From the NCBI RefSeq assembly GCF_009914755.1, contig NC_060927.1: DNA of 64,000 bases; one strand, given 5' to 3'. Within the stretch, counting starts at the first letter, position 1; every line of letters starts with the position of its first letter. Under the pieces are notes generated by a model. It saw only the letters and a program-made list of their open reading frames with translations. It ran no database searches and was not told where the DNA came from. A program made the position numbers and the translations under genes. This stretch comes from the human T2T-CHM13v2.0 reference genome, Homo sapiens. This document shows positions 1-15,329 of this stretch, one piece after another.

Positions 1-351
1 ATGAACCTGCTTCCCCACCCACAGATAAAGATCCTCATTAGGGCTGGGGGAATGATCTTTGCAGGAACAGACTTTTAAGGGTGACCAGCTACTCTGGTTT
101 GCTTGGGACTGAAGTGTTTCCTGGAATAAAAGCCTTTCAGTGCTGAAACTTGGACAGCCCTGGGAAAAGTGGGATTGTTGGTCATCCTAGACTCCCCAGG
201 AACCCACTGTAAAGCCAGAGTATAGGAAAAACATCCAGGAACTCTTGGGTACTTTTTCTCTCTTTGGCTGAGAGTGCTGCTTTTTAGTGCAGGCTTTAGC
301 CCAAGAACGAGAGGTGCGTCATGCTTGAACAAAATATATTTCATGAATAAC

Positions 352-643
352 TTTTTTTTTTGAGATGGAGTCTCGTTCTGTTGCTCAGGCTGGAGTGCAG
401 CAGTGCGATCTCGGCTCACAGCAACCTCTGCCTGTCTGGTTCAAGTGATTCTCCCACCTCAGCCTCCTGAGCTGCTAGGATTACAGGTGTTCACCACTGT
501 GTCTGGCTAATTTTTGTATTTTTAGGAGAGACAGGGTTTCACTGTGTTGGCCAGGCTGACCTCAAACTCCTGACCTAATGTAATCCTCCTGCCCCGGCCT
601 CCCAAAGTGCTGGGATTACAGGTGTGAGCCACCCCGCCTGGCC
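352..643 (-). mobile_element. Alu SINE (AluS-like), full length
   Basis: Poly-T, then GAGATGGAGTCTCG...CCCAAAGTGCTGGGATTACAGGTGTGAGCCACCCCGCCTGGCC; TSD ATGAATAACTTTT at 343-355 and 644-656. Confidence 0.97.
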
Positions 644-654
644 ATGAATAACTT

Positions 655-710
655 TTGTATTGATTACGTGTTGAAATGACAATATTTGGATATGTTGGGT
701 TAAAAAAAGT
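655..710. mobile_element. MER33-like hAT-Charlie DNA transposon fragment
   Basis: TTGATTACGTGTTGAAATGACAATATTTGGATATGTTGGGTTAAA resembles the MER33 internal motif. Confidence 0.55.
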
Positions 711-897
711 TACAAATTTTCCAAAAAAAAGGCAGCAGCATAGAAAAAATTATTTTTTCTCTACTTACACTTAAAATATCACTAGTGCATATGCTCTGTG
801 GGGACCTAAGAGACCAGGTAAGAAGAGTCCCCAGCAAAGCCACTCCTGTACATCCCCTGTGAAGCCATCTTGAGGCCATTATGTTCTGTATCACAGG

Positions 898-1061
898 CCC
901 TTGCTACTTAAAGTATGGTCTGTGGACCAGCAGTATTGGCATCACCTGGGAGCCCATCAGAACTGCAGCCTCGCAGGCCCCACAGCAGACTGCTGAATCA
1001 ATCTGTAGTTTAACAAGATCCCCAGGCAAATCACATGCCCAGTAAAGTTTGAGAAGCTCTG
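898..1061. mobile_element. MER5A hAT-Charlie MITE
   Basis: AAAGTATGGTCTGTGGACCAGCAGTATTGGCATCACCTGGGAG...TTTAACAAGATCCCCAGG...AAGTTTGAGAAGC. Confidence 0.85.
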
Positions 1062-1074
1062 GTCCAGGCTTCAA

Positions 1075-1222
1075 TCAGGTTCTTGAACTTTGGTGGGCCT
1101 CAGAATCTCCTGGGGAACTTGGTAAAGGCAAGCAGGTGCTTTCCCACCTCAACAAGCAGAGGTCTCGCTGAACTTGATTAGCTCTCCAGGTGATTCAGAT
1201 CCCACAGTTTGCAGGCCGCTGG
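1075..1222. mobile_element. MER5-family MITE (degenerate)
   Basis: GGTTCTTGAACTTTGG...CAGAATCTCCTGGGGAACTTGGTAAA...CTCTCCAGGTGATTC. Confidence 0.55.
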
Positions 1223-1779
1223 CTGAAATGATTAGGTATTGACAGCAGGTGAAGGTGGGCTCTTCTCACCAGTCTGAAATCCACCCGCAATGTTGCAGGC
1301 GCAGAACAGAGACACAAAAGTAGGCGTGTTTGTGATTGCTCTTAGCTTCTCAGTCAAGCAGAAACCCACTTTATCTACAGTAGCAAAGAGATCCCCTGGT
1401 ATTAGCCAGGACTCGTACACCTGTCCCACTTCATGCATCGTTTCTGTGAGTCCATCCTTTGTCAAGGTGAGTGTGCCCTCTGGGTGGGAATTATTGGGAG
1501 GAAAAGGACTTTGTAGACAAGAGGGCCTGGCTTTGCTATATCTACTGCTCACACACACTTTGAGTTCTCCTCTGAGGGGACTCCAGCGAAATCGAATAGT
1601 TCTCCTTTATTGAGCAAATGCTTTGGGGTCAGAGTGGGAGGTCGCATCTAACTAAAGTGTTATACGCAACATGATAGCAGGGCTTTACACTGGTGGGACC
1701 TGGGGTGATGGGGAGTGTTTAAGATGAGAACAGAAACAAGATGTTGAGGTTAGTCACTCAGTTGCAATTGACCTTTGGA

Positions 1780-2257
1780 GCTGTAGCAAATGTGTGTGCC
1801 GCCTGTGCACACATTTCAACTCTGTGCCCGGCCCTGGTTTTCCCTGCAGCTGTGCCGGACGGTTTCATGCGGGCTCTGACTTACTCGCCACTGGCAATGT
1901 CTCACCCCAAGGGCTGGCTTTCTCTAGCACTGGAGGCCTTCCCAGTCTGGAAGATTAGGGGCATTAACTCCCCAAGGGACAGCTCTCAAACAATGGGAGA
2001 AGAGGCAGTGGATAAATACTTCAGACTCTGGTCCTCCAGGGGACATTTCTGGAATGCATTCTTTGTTTTCTCAAGTCCTGTAGGAAATTGAGTTCCCATT
2101 GCCTCTTGAGAACTCAGCAGTGCCCCTTATATTAGCTTCTCCTCTCCTGTCTCCCTTGCCTCACCCCTACACCCCGCTTCCTTGGTTTGTCTTTCAGAGT
2201 AACTGCCAGCAAGCCCTTGTCTCAGGCTCTGCCTCTGGGGGACCTAAACAAAGACAG
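1780..2257 (+). mobile_element. ERVL solo LTR, LTR16-like
   Basis: GGATAAATAC TATA-like core; 3' end CCTTGTCTCAGGCTCTGCCTCTGGGGGACCTAAACAAAGACA typical of the LTR16 family. Confidence 0.7.
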
Positions 2258-2379
2258 GAGCAAACCCTGGTTCCTTGGCCTTTTTCTCCAGTCCTCTCTA
2301 GTGTTATTGAACCTCCCCTAACCATTCCATTTGGAACAAGCATCGTGGGTCTCTAACCCTGCTAACGAGGCACCCTAGT

Positions 2380-2752
2380 GTGGTGTATTCTCTCACATGA
2401 CATTTTGTTCATAGCTTGACCTACGCTCTCAGGCCAGGCTAGTGTGTAATCACTGGAGTGAGAAGCTCTTCCATATTGGTACAAAATGCTGATTTATGGA
2501 AGTGAAGGCAGTGAGAACATGACTGGAAGACCTAGTTCTCATGCAGCTGGTCCCCAACCATGTTGAACCCCCCTTAGACCACACAGCAGGCTGGGACGCT
2601 TTCATCCAACCTTTCTTTCCTCTCTCCATCACTCAGACTGAGAAGCCAGACAGCCCTTCCTGCTTTCCTTCCACATAGCTCCTCCCCGAATCACATCCTT
2701 GCGGCTTAATCCCATCTTGGTGTCTGCTCTTCGGAGGATCTGGACTATCACA
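2380..2752 (+). mobile_element. Old ERVL solo LTR (LTR33/LTR40-like)
   Basis: 3' terminus CCCATCTTGGTGTCTGCTCTTCGGAGGATCTGGACTATCACA; 5' boundary uncertain. Confidence 0.55.
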
Positions 2753-3589
2753 AATTTGTGTCACTACATCCCATCCGCTTTCCTCCTATTCTCCTTGTCT
2801 GCTGGACTCTTTCTTCAACTGTCTTGCTTGCTTTCCCCCTGATACTTCATTGCTTTGCTCCAACCTCCCTATCAATCAATGACTTCTGTGGCTTCTCTTT
2901 GTCTGATGGGGTTCCTGGTATCTGTGGTCTGGTTTTAGCAACTATGTGGTTGGTATGGGGGTGGGATCTCATGTGTAGGGTCTGTATGGAGGGTCTGGCT
3001 TTCCAGCTTGTGAAGTGCTGCTTCTCAGGGCATTCATTATGCGGATGCATTGACATCAAAAGGCAGCAGTAAAATATGAAGTTCTGGGTTTCTTTATTTT
3101 GATTTGGATACACAGGGAACCAATATTTTTGCTGCTGAAGGTCAAGCACTGCCCTGGATGAAGTCTTCACCTGTTTTTAAAATTTAATCTTTAGTGTTCT
3201 CCTGAGAAGTAGGAGGCATTATTCTTATTTCATAGACAAGGAGAGTGAGGCTCAACAACCTTCCCTGACTTGCCTGAGCCCATGAATTCACCCACTGTGT
3301 TTTTGCTGAGGAGTACAAAGTGCTTGATTGAGCTGTCCTTTTTGGTTTGTCCTGCAGCTCCTGGGACTTATGGTGAGCGTATAGTTAATTGTATAATGTG
3401 GAAACTGAGGCAAGGGGTGGCAGTAACTCTGAGTATTCTGAGATCAGAACTGGCAAGGGCTGAGCAAGTGTGTCAAACAGAACTGGTGTTGGCCCACGTG
3501 TTGTGGTTTTAGTTGTGTTTTTGCCTGGGTTTTGACTATGAAAGCCCTGAGGTGAGTTGAAAGATGGTTTCATCCAACTAAAAAAAGAT

Positions 3590-3608
3590 TGTGCGTGTGT
3601 GTGTGCGC

Positions 3609-3645
<37 letters not shown>
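3590..3645. repeat. (TG)n microsatellite with short CG interruptions
   Basis: Directly visible alternating purine-pyrimidine run. Confidence 0.97.
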
Positions 3646-4311
3646 TGGCTGATTGGAGCCAATTCTCTGTTCTCTGCACACTAGGGTTTAAAAGATCCAT
3701 GACGAACCATACTTGCCTGGTGCTAATGTTTTGTTCGGTTTCATGTGATCCCTCTGATGTCTGCTGTACCATCAGAGGCCACTTCCAAAGGAGCCATGTG
3801 AGAAACGACACCATGCCCAGAACAAGGGCACTGTGTTGCTTTTTAAATCTGCCATAAGCAGCCTCATTTGTAGAGATTTGGTTCCTAATGATCTTGTTCT
3901 GACTTTCATCTGCTTCCTGAGCCTGGGTCAGATACACAGTTAGGAAGATACCAGAGGGGAGATTCTTTCATGGTTATGAGCTTCGTTCATCCTGAGTTAG
4001 GCCAGCTGTGGCAGGTGGACTCCAGGGCTGGCTCCTTTGTTTAGGGGCCTCTTAGTTCAGGCACTTGAAGTTTCTTGTGGAAACTGGTTCAGGAAAAAAT
4101 CAGAAGGAGCTGCCGGTACAGTAGGAGGCTTCTAGTATCTTAGCATGCTGTAGGTAACCTCAAGAATGTATTATTTCTGGGAGTGGTGGTTGGCTGATAA
4201 AAGGCAAGGCATTGAGTTCTGTGTACCTTTGCCTGGGTGAGGTATAGGGATGTGTGTGAGGGGAGAGATCTGTTTTTAGTGAAAAGAAATTCTCAAGTTA
4301 CCATAAGGAAT

Positions 4312-4447
4312 TATTCATTCATTTATTTATTTCTTTGCTCAGATGTTTAGTAAGCTCCCCCGCTCCATCAAGCACTGTGCTATGTGCTGGGGATACGGGA
4401 GTGAACAAGACAGATACATCTTCGTCTCGTGAGCTTAGAGTCTGTAG
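4312..4447 (-). mobile_element. L2 LINE 3' fragment
   Basis: ATTCATTCATTT...AGCACTGTGCTATGTGCTGGGGATACGGGAGTGAACAAGACAGA. Confidence 0.8.
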
Positions 4448-5911
4448 ACTTAGGGGTTTAGGAGCAATGTTTAGTTTTGTGCAAGACACATGGATATGGG
4501 TAAATTTGGCCCACCTGGAGCTTGTCCTTTATGGAGTAGCCTTGAAATTTACTAAGAATACCAAGATTTTTTAACATTTGTATTAATAGTTGTGTGTGTT
4601 ATTTCAGCACCTTTCTTCCCTTTTCTTCCTGCAAGAGACCCTGACTCTGGGCATAATATCTCACACCCACAGTGGTGGTTAATTGGTCTAAAGTCAAGGA
4701 ATGTAGCCAAGCTTGACCAATCATAGTCCTTCCCTAGGATTTTTAATACCAGTGTAGGAGTGTGCCTCCCTTCTGTCCCCAATCCATCTCTGCCTCTTTT
4801 CGCCCCATCTCTCCCCAACCCTACCTTCTGGCAATAGAGTAGAGAGAGAGGAGAGGAAGGCAAGGGCGAGGGGTGGCAGAGAGAGGGGTGGGCAGCAGAG
4901 GATGTACTGGGGTGCTTGACACAGACTGGGGTGGGGAATGTTAGGAAAAGCTTTTTGGAAGAGTTGGGTCTTTAGGGTTGAGCAGGAGTTTGTCATGTCA
5001 TTGTTATCATTTTCCAAGTAACGGACAGGGTGACCAAAGGTAAGAGAGTAAATATTCTTGGTCCATTCCTATAACTTCCAAAAGTGCAGGTGCTATAGCA
5101 CAGACCATTTGAAGGGGGAGGAAGGAGGGAGCAGGAAGGGACCTGCAGCCAGCTCAGGAAGTGTAGAGTTGATCCTGAAGGCATGGCCAGCACCAAGCAT
5201 TTGCTGTTCTATGTGCTAAACATAACCCGGGCCCCATAGACACCAAGGCCTGATGAAAGAGCTGCCGGCACTGACAGATCTCCTGGGCTTCCAGTTCCCC
5301 TTTCCCATTCAGCATCTGAATGCTGCATCTCCAGCATACAAAACCAGCAACATCCCCTGAGTGAGTCCACTTCTTAACAAACAAACTACTCCCCTGTGCC
5401 TCCCAAGTTCAAGTGCACTTGCTCTTATTGTCTGTTCTTTTTTTAGCTTTTTTTTTTATTTGCCTCTTTTAAAAGTTCAGAGAATGACTTGTAGTTCTTG
5501 AAGTGTCAGTATAGATTGCATGTCTAATTTATTCTACTTGCCCAGAGACACTTGAGATAATTACAGTGGGGAAATTCTGTTTTCTAAAAAAACCTGCATG
5601 CTGAGAGGATTATTTTGCCAGGTTCTCCATGGGACGCTGTCCCTTATGGAAATAAAAGAGTACTTTATATACCTACTGGGGTGATTCTGAGGCTCCAAGC
5701 CCCAATTTTCTCAGTGTTTCCAGAGATCTGACACAGAGGCTGTAGCATGTTTTTCAAAATTCAATTTAGGAAATATAATACATTTAGACATAGGTAATTT
5801 CAAGTTTAACCTTTCTCTTCTGAATTGCGGGTTTCATGTACGTGAATGCCCACTGTATCTTAGAAACAGGCTGCTGATTGGAATAATGAATGACTTTTAA
5901 CAAATGTCAGT

Positions 5912-6350
5912 TTTATTTATTTTTCTATCTTTGTAAACTTCAGTGAAGTATAACATAAACACAGGAAACGGCACAGATCTGCTATGTACAGCTCAATAAA
6001 TGTTTCAGTGATTGGTTCACATGTGTAACCAACTCCCAGATCAAGAAAGAGAATGTTGCTGGGAGTACTACAGAAGTCCCCTTGGGTCCTCACCTCCCCT
6101 GTTTCTCTTCCCAGGGTGACTGTGACCACAAATATGTTTTGCCTCATTCAATATTGTATTTACGAGTGTCATCCTTGTTGACTGTACTTGTAGTTCATTT
6201 CTTTTCATCAGTCTCTGGCATTCTGTTGAATGAGTATATTGTAAATTTTTCAGACCACTGTGAATGACCATTTGGGCTGTTTCTGTTTTTTGCCTATTAT
6301 GAAGAGTGCTGCTACAAGCATTCTTGTTCATAGCAGATGTGACTTTGTGC
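5912..6350 (-). mobile_element. Ancient L1M (L1ME-like) 3' fragment
   Basis: GAAGTATAACATA...TGTACAGCTCAATAAA...GTAACCAACTCCCAGATCAAGA...CATTTGGGCTGTTTC...GTGCTGCTACAAGCATTCTTGT. Confidence 0.8.
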
Positions 6351-6368
6351 ATTTAATCTCATAGTCTC

Positions 6369-6779
6369 TGTGTTAGGGTTTGCCAGAGCAACAGAATCAG
6401 CAGTGTGTGTGTTTGTGTGTGTGTGTATGTGTATTTTTAAGGAACTGGATCATGAAATTGTGGAGGTGTAAGTCCAAAACCTGCAGGATAGGCTGGCAGG
6501 TGGAAGACCCAGGGGAGAATTTCAGTTCAAGCTCAAAGGTCATCTGCTGGCAGAATTTCTCAGACTCTGGGGGAGGTCAGCCTTTGTTCTATTAAAACCT
6601 TCAACTGATGGTCGAGGCCCACCCACATCATGGAGGACAACCTGCTTTACTCAAAGTCTGTGGATTTACATGTGACTCTTATTCAAAAAACACCTTCATA
6701 GAAACATCCAGGACAATGTTTGACCAAATATCTGGGCACCTTGGCCCAGCCAAGTTGACATACAAAATTAACCATTGCA
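6369..6779 (-). mobile_element. MLT2 (ERVL) solo LTR, MLT2C/D-like
   Basis: TG...CA termini; GGCCCAGCCAAGTTGACATACAAAATTAACCA end; near-TSD GTCTC/GTCAC. Confidence 0.9.
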
Positions 6780-6797
6780 GTCACTTACTGCTTGCTA

Positions 6798-7637
<840 letters not shown>

Positions 7638-8015
7638 ATGGAATACTATGCAACCATAAAAAGGAACAAAATCATGGCCTTTGCAGGGACATGAATGGAG
7701 CTGGAAGCTGTTATCCTCAGCAAATTAATGCAGGAACAGAAAACGAAACACTGCATGTTCTCACAAGTGGGAGCTGAATGATGAGAACACATGAACACAG
7801 CGGGGAACAACACACACTAGGGCCTTTTGGGGTGGAGAGGGAGGGAGAGCATCAGGAAGGATAGCTAATGGATGCTGGGCTTAATACCTAGGACATGGGA
7901 TGATCTATGCAGCAAACCACCATGGTACACCTGTGTAACAAACCCGCACATCCTGGACATGTACCCCTGAATTTAAAAGTTGAAGGTAAAAAAATATATA
8001 TATATATAAAAGAAA
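7638..8015 (+). mobile_element. 5'-truncated L1 3' end (older L1PA13-16-like)
   Basis: ATGGAATACTATGCAACCATAAAAAGG...ATAGCTAATGGATGCTGGGCTTAATACCTAGG...CATGTACCCCTGAA followed by an A/AT tail. Confidence 0.9.
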
Positions 8016-10689
8016 AGAAGGCAATATGGAGATAGGAAAAACTCTGAAGTGGGACTCAGGACCTAGAGTGCGTCATTAATCACCGATTCTTATTACATCT
8101 TGCAGTAATGATGCCCACCCTACTGATGAAAACTCAAGGCCTAGAGGAGCTAATCAGGTCGCTGGCCGGGAGAGAGCTGAAGCTTAAATCTGAGCCTCTC
8201 TGACTTGACTTTCTTAATCTTTATGCTTTTCTCCCTCCCAGGATTGTTCAAAACATGTTATTCTTAACTCTCCAGCCACACAGGGTTATTATAAGATAAT
8301 GAGTTTATATAAGTGAGGATGCTTTGTACTCAGTGATGAGCTAGACAGATAGATGGTAAAATTTTTATGAGTTTATATTACAGGAGTGTGACTATGATTC
8401 AACCCTTGAAATACATAAATTCAACTTAAAGGATCTTAGAACCAGGAGAAGTATTTGGAGATCATTTGGTCCCTGTCTCTGTTCTTAAATAGGTGAGATC
8501 TGAAACTACTTATTTTCTCCTGGAGAGTGGCCAGACTCTCCCTTGGTCGCATCGTATATTACGACTGTGAAGAGAAAAAGATCAATGGATGTTTATTTCA
8601 CAGGGACTTTGCTTAATAAGTTACTTCTTCAGTGTACCCAAGAGCATCTTGATGATCTGAGTGTTATTAAAGAAGCTTTTGGATGCACCTAACGTACCCA
8701 AAAGACATGGTTGAAGATGTGGCTCAATATGCCTTACACAGATCACCCAGTCTGTGGTTAGTAACACTCTCACAAAATCTAGAGTTCTTTGCCTGTGGGA
8801 AGTGGTGGAAAGAGTCCTGGGCTGGAGATAAGGCACTAGTGCTGGTTCTTCTTGACTGCAAAGTGATTGGCTGATCTTGGATGGTGACTTGATCATCTGA
8901 GCATCCATCTTCTCACTTAAAAATCAAAGGATTGGTTAGGCGATGTTTCAAGTTGCTTTCAGCATGGACAGGGCTACGTTCAGTCATCTAGGATTTGGAT
9001 GGCTAATGTCATTTTGATAGAGGGACAAAGCACTTATAAGTAGCTGGGAATCTGGTCACTTTGATGTCTGGTAGTTAATAAATGAAGAAAGATTTGCACG
9101 AATACCTGAGCTGATCTTTCACTCTCTTGCCAGCTCTCTGCTGACTCCACTTCCTTGGTTAGCCCCGGGTTACTGTAAATTAAGCTAACTGCTTTTCCTG
9201 GGAATAGTGCTCTGTAAATCAACACTGGAGGAGAGTGGCTCTGTGAAGAGGGCTTTTCATGAGATACTCTAACCATTGGAAAGACAACATATTATCTGGC
9301 AGCTGTTTCTGAATATTAGTTTATGTCTGGGCAATTGTTTTCTTTATAATCCAAAGCTGTCAAGGAAACATAGCTCATGTAGCTTGGAAACTTGCCCTGC
9401 CATCTCTGCCTGGTAGCAGCTTATTCATTGTTTTCCTTCTTCCCCACAAACCCTTTCTTTCTGTATGTGGCACAATTAAATTAAATTATCAGTTTCTGGT
9501 TAATTTTATCCTGAAACAACTCCATCCTTTTTTTTTAAAAACAAAAAGACAATTTTTTTCTAAAATGAAACTGTATATCAGTGCCCATTTTTGTACTGTC
9601 ATTCATGTGACTCTCCAAAATAGGCTGATTCATCATCAGTGAATTGATGGTTATTTTCAGCACTGGGGCTTAATCAGACATGCCCCTATTCCTTCAAATA
9701 ATCATTTTTTTTTGTTTTAATCATCTAGTTAAAAAATATGGAAGCCGTCTTAATGTTACTTCGAATATCCACAATGGCAAAAAAAAAAAAAATAAATAAA
9801 AAAACCACTTCTGTGACATCCGTAGCTGGTGGGCTGAGCTTGTAGAGTTACTGGAGTTCAGTTGTCTCATTAAAACGGAAGTGGGTGCTGATATTTCAGC
9901 CCTCCCCCCTGCCCCATTCAACATATCAGTTCAGTGCTAAGCTCAGAAGAGAGCTACAACTTGACCCTTAGTTTCCTATGCTTCTCCAGAAGCTTCCTAG
10001 ATTTACTCACAAGTAGGGAAGAGAGCTAGAGCAATCTCCAGTTTACCTTTCCACCCACAGAGACTCAGTAAATAATTGCAGTGGCCTATGAAAGAGAAGC
10101 AGTGATGAGGTCATTTTAATGAGAATGAGCCACCCCCAACCATAACAAGGGTGACAGACGTAATCATCTCTCCGTGGGGAAAATGGGCAGGATTAGGCAG
10201 TTTATTACTGAAATGGAGACTTAGAGAGAACTCTCAAAAGCAGACATGAAGTGCTGCTGATTGTGTACATGCCGCTTCTAAGGAATAGCTACTTCCTAGG
10301 ATGTCTTGGCTCCGTGGAAGACCACATTATGCCAAGAACTCTGGGCTTGAAGGAATTAGTTATGAGGCATTTCATGAGCAGCCAGGACACTGGGATGTTC
10401 CACCCACCAAGAATGACTCACACTGGGAAGTGAGGTGAATGGTACTAAATGGACCTTTAGATGGTAGGTGGGGCTCCATCAACATCCTAGTGACTATATT
10501 TGTGATAAAATTAGAGCTGTTGAGAAGATTTTTAAATAGACCTAATACCTCTTGCCTGGGGAGAAGGGGAGCATTACTAGTCACGAAAGAAACTTCATGG
10601 GTGGTTAACATGGGTTTGAGTTTGGCGGTGGCATAATTTGGACGTAGAAGGAATAGCTGATGTGCTATGTACTTTGCACACATGCTTTT

Positions 10690-11095
10690 GGCACTGACTG
10701 TATAGTACACCTGTGAACATCTGCACTCTCTGCTGGAGGGTGATGGTGGTTGTGTCTGCTCAACCTGTGTGTGTAGGGCAAGTTGGAAGAGCTGGATCAT
10801 GCTCTGGAAGCAAACTTCTAATGACAGGTGGAGATTTGGTGAATAAGTGTCCCCATCTCCTCTGCTTCTTGATTGGGATAAGCCTGGGGCACAGTCTACA
10901 CTGTCTCCCAGAGCTCTTCAGTGAACTTGACCTCCAGTCGTCCTCAGCACTAACTTGCTCAATGGTGTACCTTTGGTTGACTTCTTTCCCATCCCCATCT
11001 TATTTCTCCACTCTATTACTGGTGTTTCTCAGGTGAAAGAATTCATTTGAATCCTTGCCTCAGGTTTGCTTCTGGAGAAAGTCAACCTAATTTAA
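10690..11095 (+). mobile_element. ERVL solo LTR, LTR16-like
   Basis: GGTGAATAAGTGTCCCCA core; end TCCTTGCCTCAGGTTTGCTTCTGGAGAAAGTCAACCTAA. Confidence 0.65.
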
Positions 11096-12079
11096 GGGGT
11101 GGGGTTGCTACAAAACAAGACAGGTTACTTATTACTAGGATACAATGTCACTGTTCCCACCCACCACTGTAGTATCTCAGAGGATGATTACTCAGCATGA
11201 CACAGCATATTGCTGTTGGCCTCGTGGAGATAGTTCAGGTCAGAGATTCTTTAGCTCTTGGCAGGGTACAAGGTGAAATGCTAACAGATTTAGTCAGGCT
11301 AAGGCTAGAGTATGCTGCAATAACAAGCCACATATGGTTTAATGTTGGTTAAGTGGTTCTCCCTGAAGACTTTTCTGTAAGCGTGACTCAGGAATTTTGT
11401 CTGTTTTTATCTGTGGGGAGCTGAGACAACTGGCAGTGTTAGTGGGTGAGGTGCAGGCAGTGGCAATCAGGGTTCTCCACTGAGCAGGGAGCTAAGATCT
11501 GAGGGAGAGGCGAGGATGAGCAAATCTGGAGAGAAGCATAAAATAGGTCCAGTACAGGTGGCAAATGTATCTGCAGGCAAGATTTGTGTTAAACATATGT
11601 GCTAAAAATAAAAGAGAATGGAAATTACTTATCAGAATATATGCCCAATTTGATTGCTGGTATGTGAAACATTCATGCTGTTAGGTTGTCCCAACTCAAT
11701 AACTGTCATACAGTCTATAGAATACTATACCAGCTAGTAAGTCAGACAACTAGTACCTAACCTAGTCCAGAAAAGATCAAACCAGTTGTTTATCAATTTG
11801 CATCTTGTATTCTGAAAAGACACTTCGTGGTGGGAATATAGTGACTTTTCAACTGGAAAGGTTGGTGACATATGGGCCCAGTTAAATTCTGGAGCTTTGA
11901 GCAAATTGGACAGAATTTTATAGGATTGTTGATCTAGGTTTTCTATTTATTTTTTTAAATTGAGAAACACAGGAGTGAAAGGAATGCAGAATGTAGCTTG
12001 AAGGACACAGCCATAGAGAAATTTATGAATTTTTCTTTTTTTTTTTTTTCAAATTGTTAAATGCTCGGATAGGGAGTAA

Positions 12080-12282
12080 AGTAGGAACGTAGCATTTTGA
12101 GTCAGAAAACCAGGGTTTGAGCTTCAGCTCAAACATGTCAGTTGTGTCATTTTGAGTAGTTTTCTAACTCCTCAACTTCAGTTTTCTCCTAAGGTTGGGA
12201 TGATAATCTGCATCTGAGGATTAAATAACTTAGGACAAAGTACTTGGTTTGGTATCTGACATGTGGCAAGGGCTGAATGATG
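12080..12282 (+). mobile_element. MIR SINE
   Basis: TTTGAGTCAGAAAACCAGGGTTTGA...CTTCAGTTTTCTC...GAGGATTAAAT. Confidence 0.75.
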
Positions 12283-12309
12283 GCGCCCGACCTATAAAAT
12301 GGGATTTCA

Positions 12310-12452
12310 GTTATTTATTCACTGTGTCAACAAATATTTCTAGAATATCTGCTGAGTGCTAGGTCCTATGCTAGATGCTAGGACTGCAATGGTGAGTAAA
12401 TACAAAGTATAATCCTTGGCTTGAAAGTTCCTGGTCTGGTCAAAGAGATAGA
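12310..12452 (-). mobile_element. L2 3' fragment
   Basis: CAACAAATATTT...GTGCTAGGTCCTATGCTAGATGCTAGG. Confidence 0.7.
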
Positions 12453-12454
12453 TA

Positions 12455-12665
12455 AGATGTTGGCAAACTGTTTCTTAAAGGGTCACGTGGAAACTATTTT
12501 AGGTTTTATGGGCTATAGGGTCTCTGTTAAACCCATCCAACTCTGCCATTGTAGCAGGAACATAGCCTTAGACAATATGTAAATGAATAAATATGGCTAT
12601 ATTCCAATAAAACTTTATTTGCACAGAGGGTCAGATTTGCTCTGTGGCTATAGTTTGCTGCTCAT
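12455..12665. mobile_element. MER58A hAT MITE
   Basis: GTTGGCAAACT...AAAGGGTCA...CAACTCTGCCATTGTAGC...CCAATAAAACTTTATTT...TAGTTTGC. Confidence 0.88.
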
Positions 12666-12739
12666 TGAAATAGCTAGTAATAGCCATTAATAGTATTTAT
12701 TGACAGCTCACTATGTACTTGTTCCTTTAACATTTATTT

Positions 12740-13310
<571 letters not shown>

Positions 13311-13669
13311 ACTATGATGTCCCACTGCTTCCCTCACACAAGCACTTAACTATGTACTCCGATTCATGACGGAGGTAACAGTTACCTCTACCTCTCAGGT
13401 TGTGACCTTCCAAAGAAATGAAAGTGCTTGGTAAACTGTAGCAGGTTAAGGAATTATTTGTTGTGTTTTTCTTTCTCTCTGGAGCAGTAGCCTCTGACAC
13501 TTGAGGTGAGAAGTTTGGCTTTGGTTTCTGAACTGCAGAGTAGAAATGGGCTGGACATGGTTTGTCTGCAGGTCTCAGAAAGGAAAATGAGCCAGCTCTC
13601 TGAGGCCACATCTCATTTCTCCCTTTAAATGTCTATGAATGTCTATGAATTAAAATAAAACGTTAACTT

Positions 13670-13870
13670 AGGTTCTTATTATATGCAAAGTCTTGTGCTA
13701 AGTCTTTCACACGCATCCATGGTGTTTCATCTACAGAATAACCCCAGGAGGTAGTTATCATGTCCATGGGACAGAGGAACTAGAATCTCAGGGAATGTTA
13801 AACAACGTGTCCCATGGCTGAAAGTGATGGAGCCAGGATTTGAACCTGGCTTCTCTGCCACCTGCATTTT
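13670..13870 (-). mobile_element. MIR SINE
   Basis: GGAGGTAGTTATCATGTCCAT...GGAGCCAGGATTTGAACCTGG. Confidence 0.7.
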
Positions 13871-14452
13871 TGACCATGGGAGCCAGGAGCAGGGCGTGTG
13901 TCCACATTGTTCCTGATCCTGCACTTGATTTCCATTGGCTGATCAGCGTAGAGGGCAGGTGAGAAGAACTGGTTAAACTGACTGTAGCTGACAAAGAAGA
14001 CAGTATTCATCTTATTCAGACACTGTCTGTGACACGGAAAGAATTTGATAAACAATAGCGTGCCCATCCTGATCATTAGGGCTTCTGAAAAATAATGGCT
14101 TGGCCCGGGGGTATCATTACCTAGAGCAGACAGCTTAGTGTCTGTTTCAAAACAGTGATAATTTTTATTCCCTACCATAAATGATCACTTAAGCAGCTTG
14201 AAATGACGACAGGTCACAATGGCCCCTGTGCTTGTGGGTTTTCTGCTAGAAAGCTGAAGTTGCTCTTAAAGAGAAATGCCCATCTGTGTCCCCAAAGTCC
14301 TTGTTAACTCTCCTCAAGTTTTAAGAAACAGTGGACTGCCAAAACTTGTCTTGGGCAGAGGCAGAAGCACAGGCAGTACAGGAGGTGTTTTTGCTGAGTG
14401 GAAAGAGGGTAGGTGAGGTCTGAGATGGCTTTAGAAACCCCCTGGGAGGCAT

Positions 14453-15214
<762 letters not shown>

Positions 15215-15329
15215 GAGCTAAGATTCATAGATGTAAGGTGGGTGTGTGTGCACAGGGGAGAGGGGATGAAGCATTGAATAGCTGTGTTCATTTATTTCTT
15301 TGTTTGCCACTCACACAGAAGGCAATATT

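Noticed and set aside
8590-8760. Acceptor-like TTTATTTCACAG followed by a protein-looking frame (LLNKLLLQCTQEHLDDLSVIKEAF)
   Set aside because: The frame stops after ~28 codons, there is no good donor, and I recognise no homolog; a tblastn/conservation check would be needed
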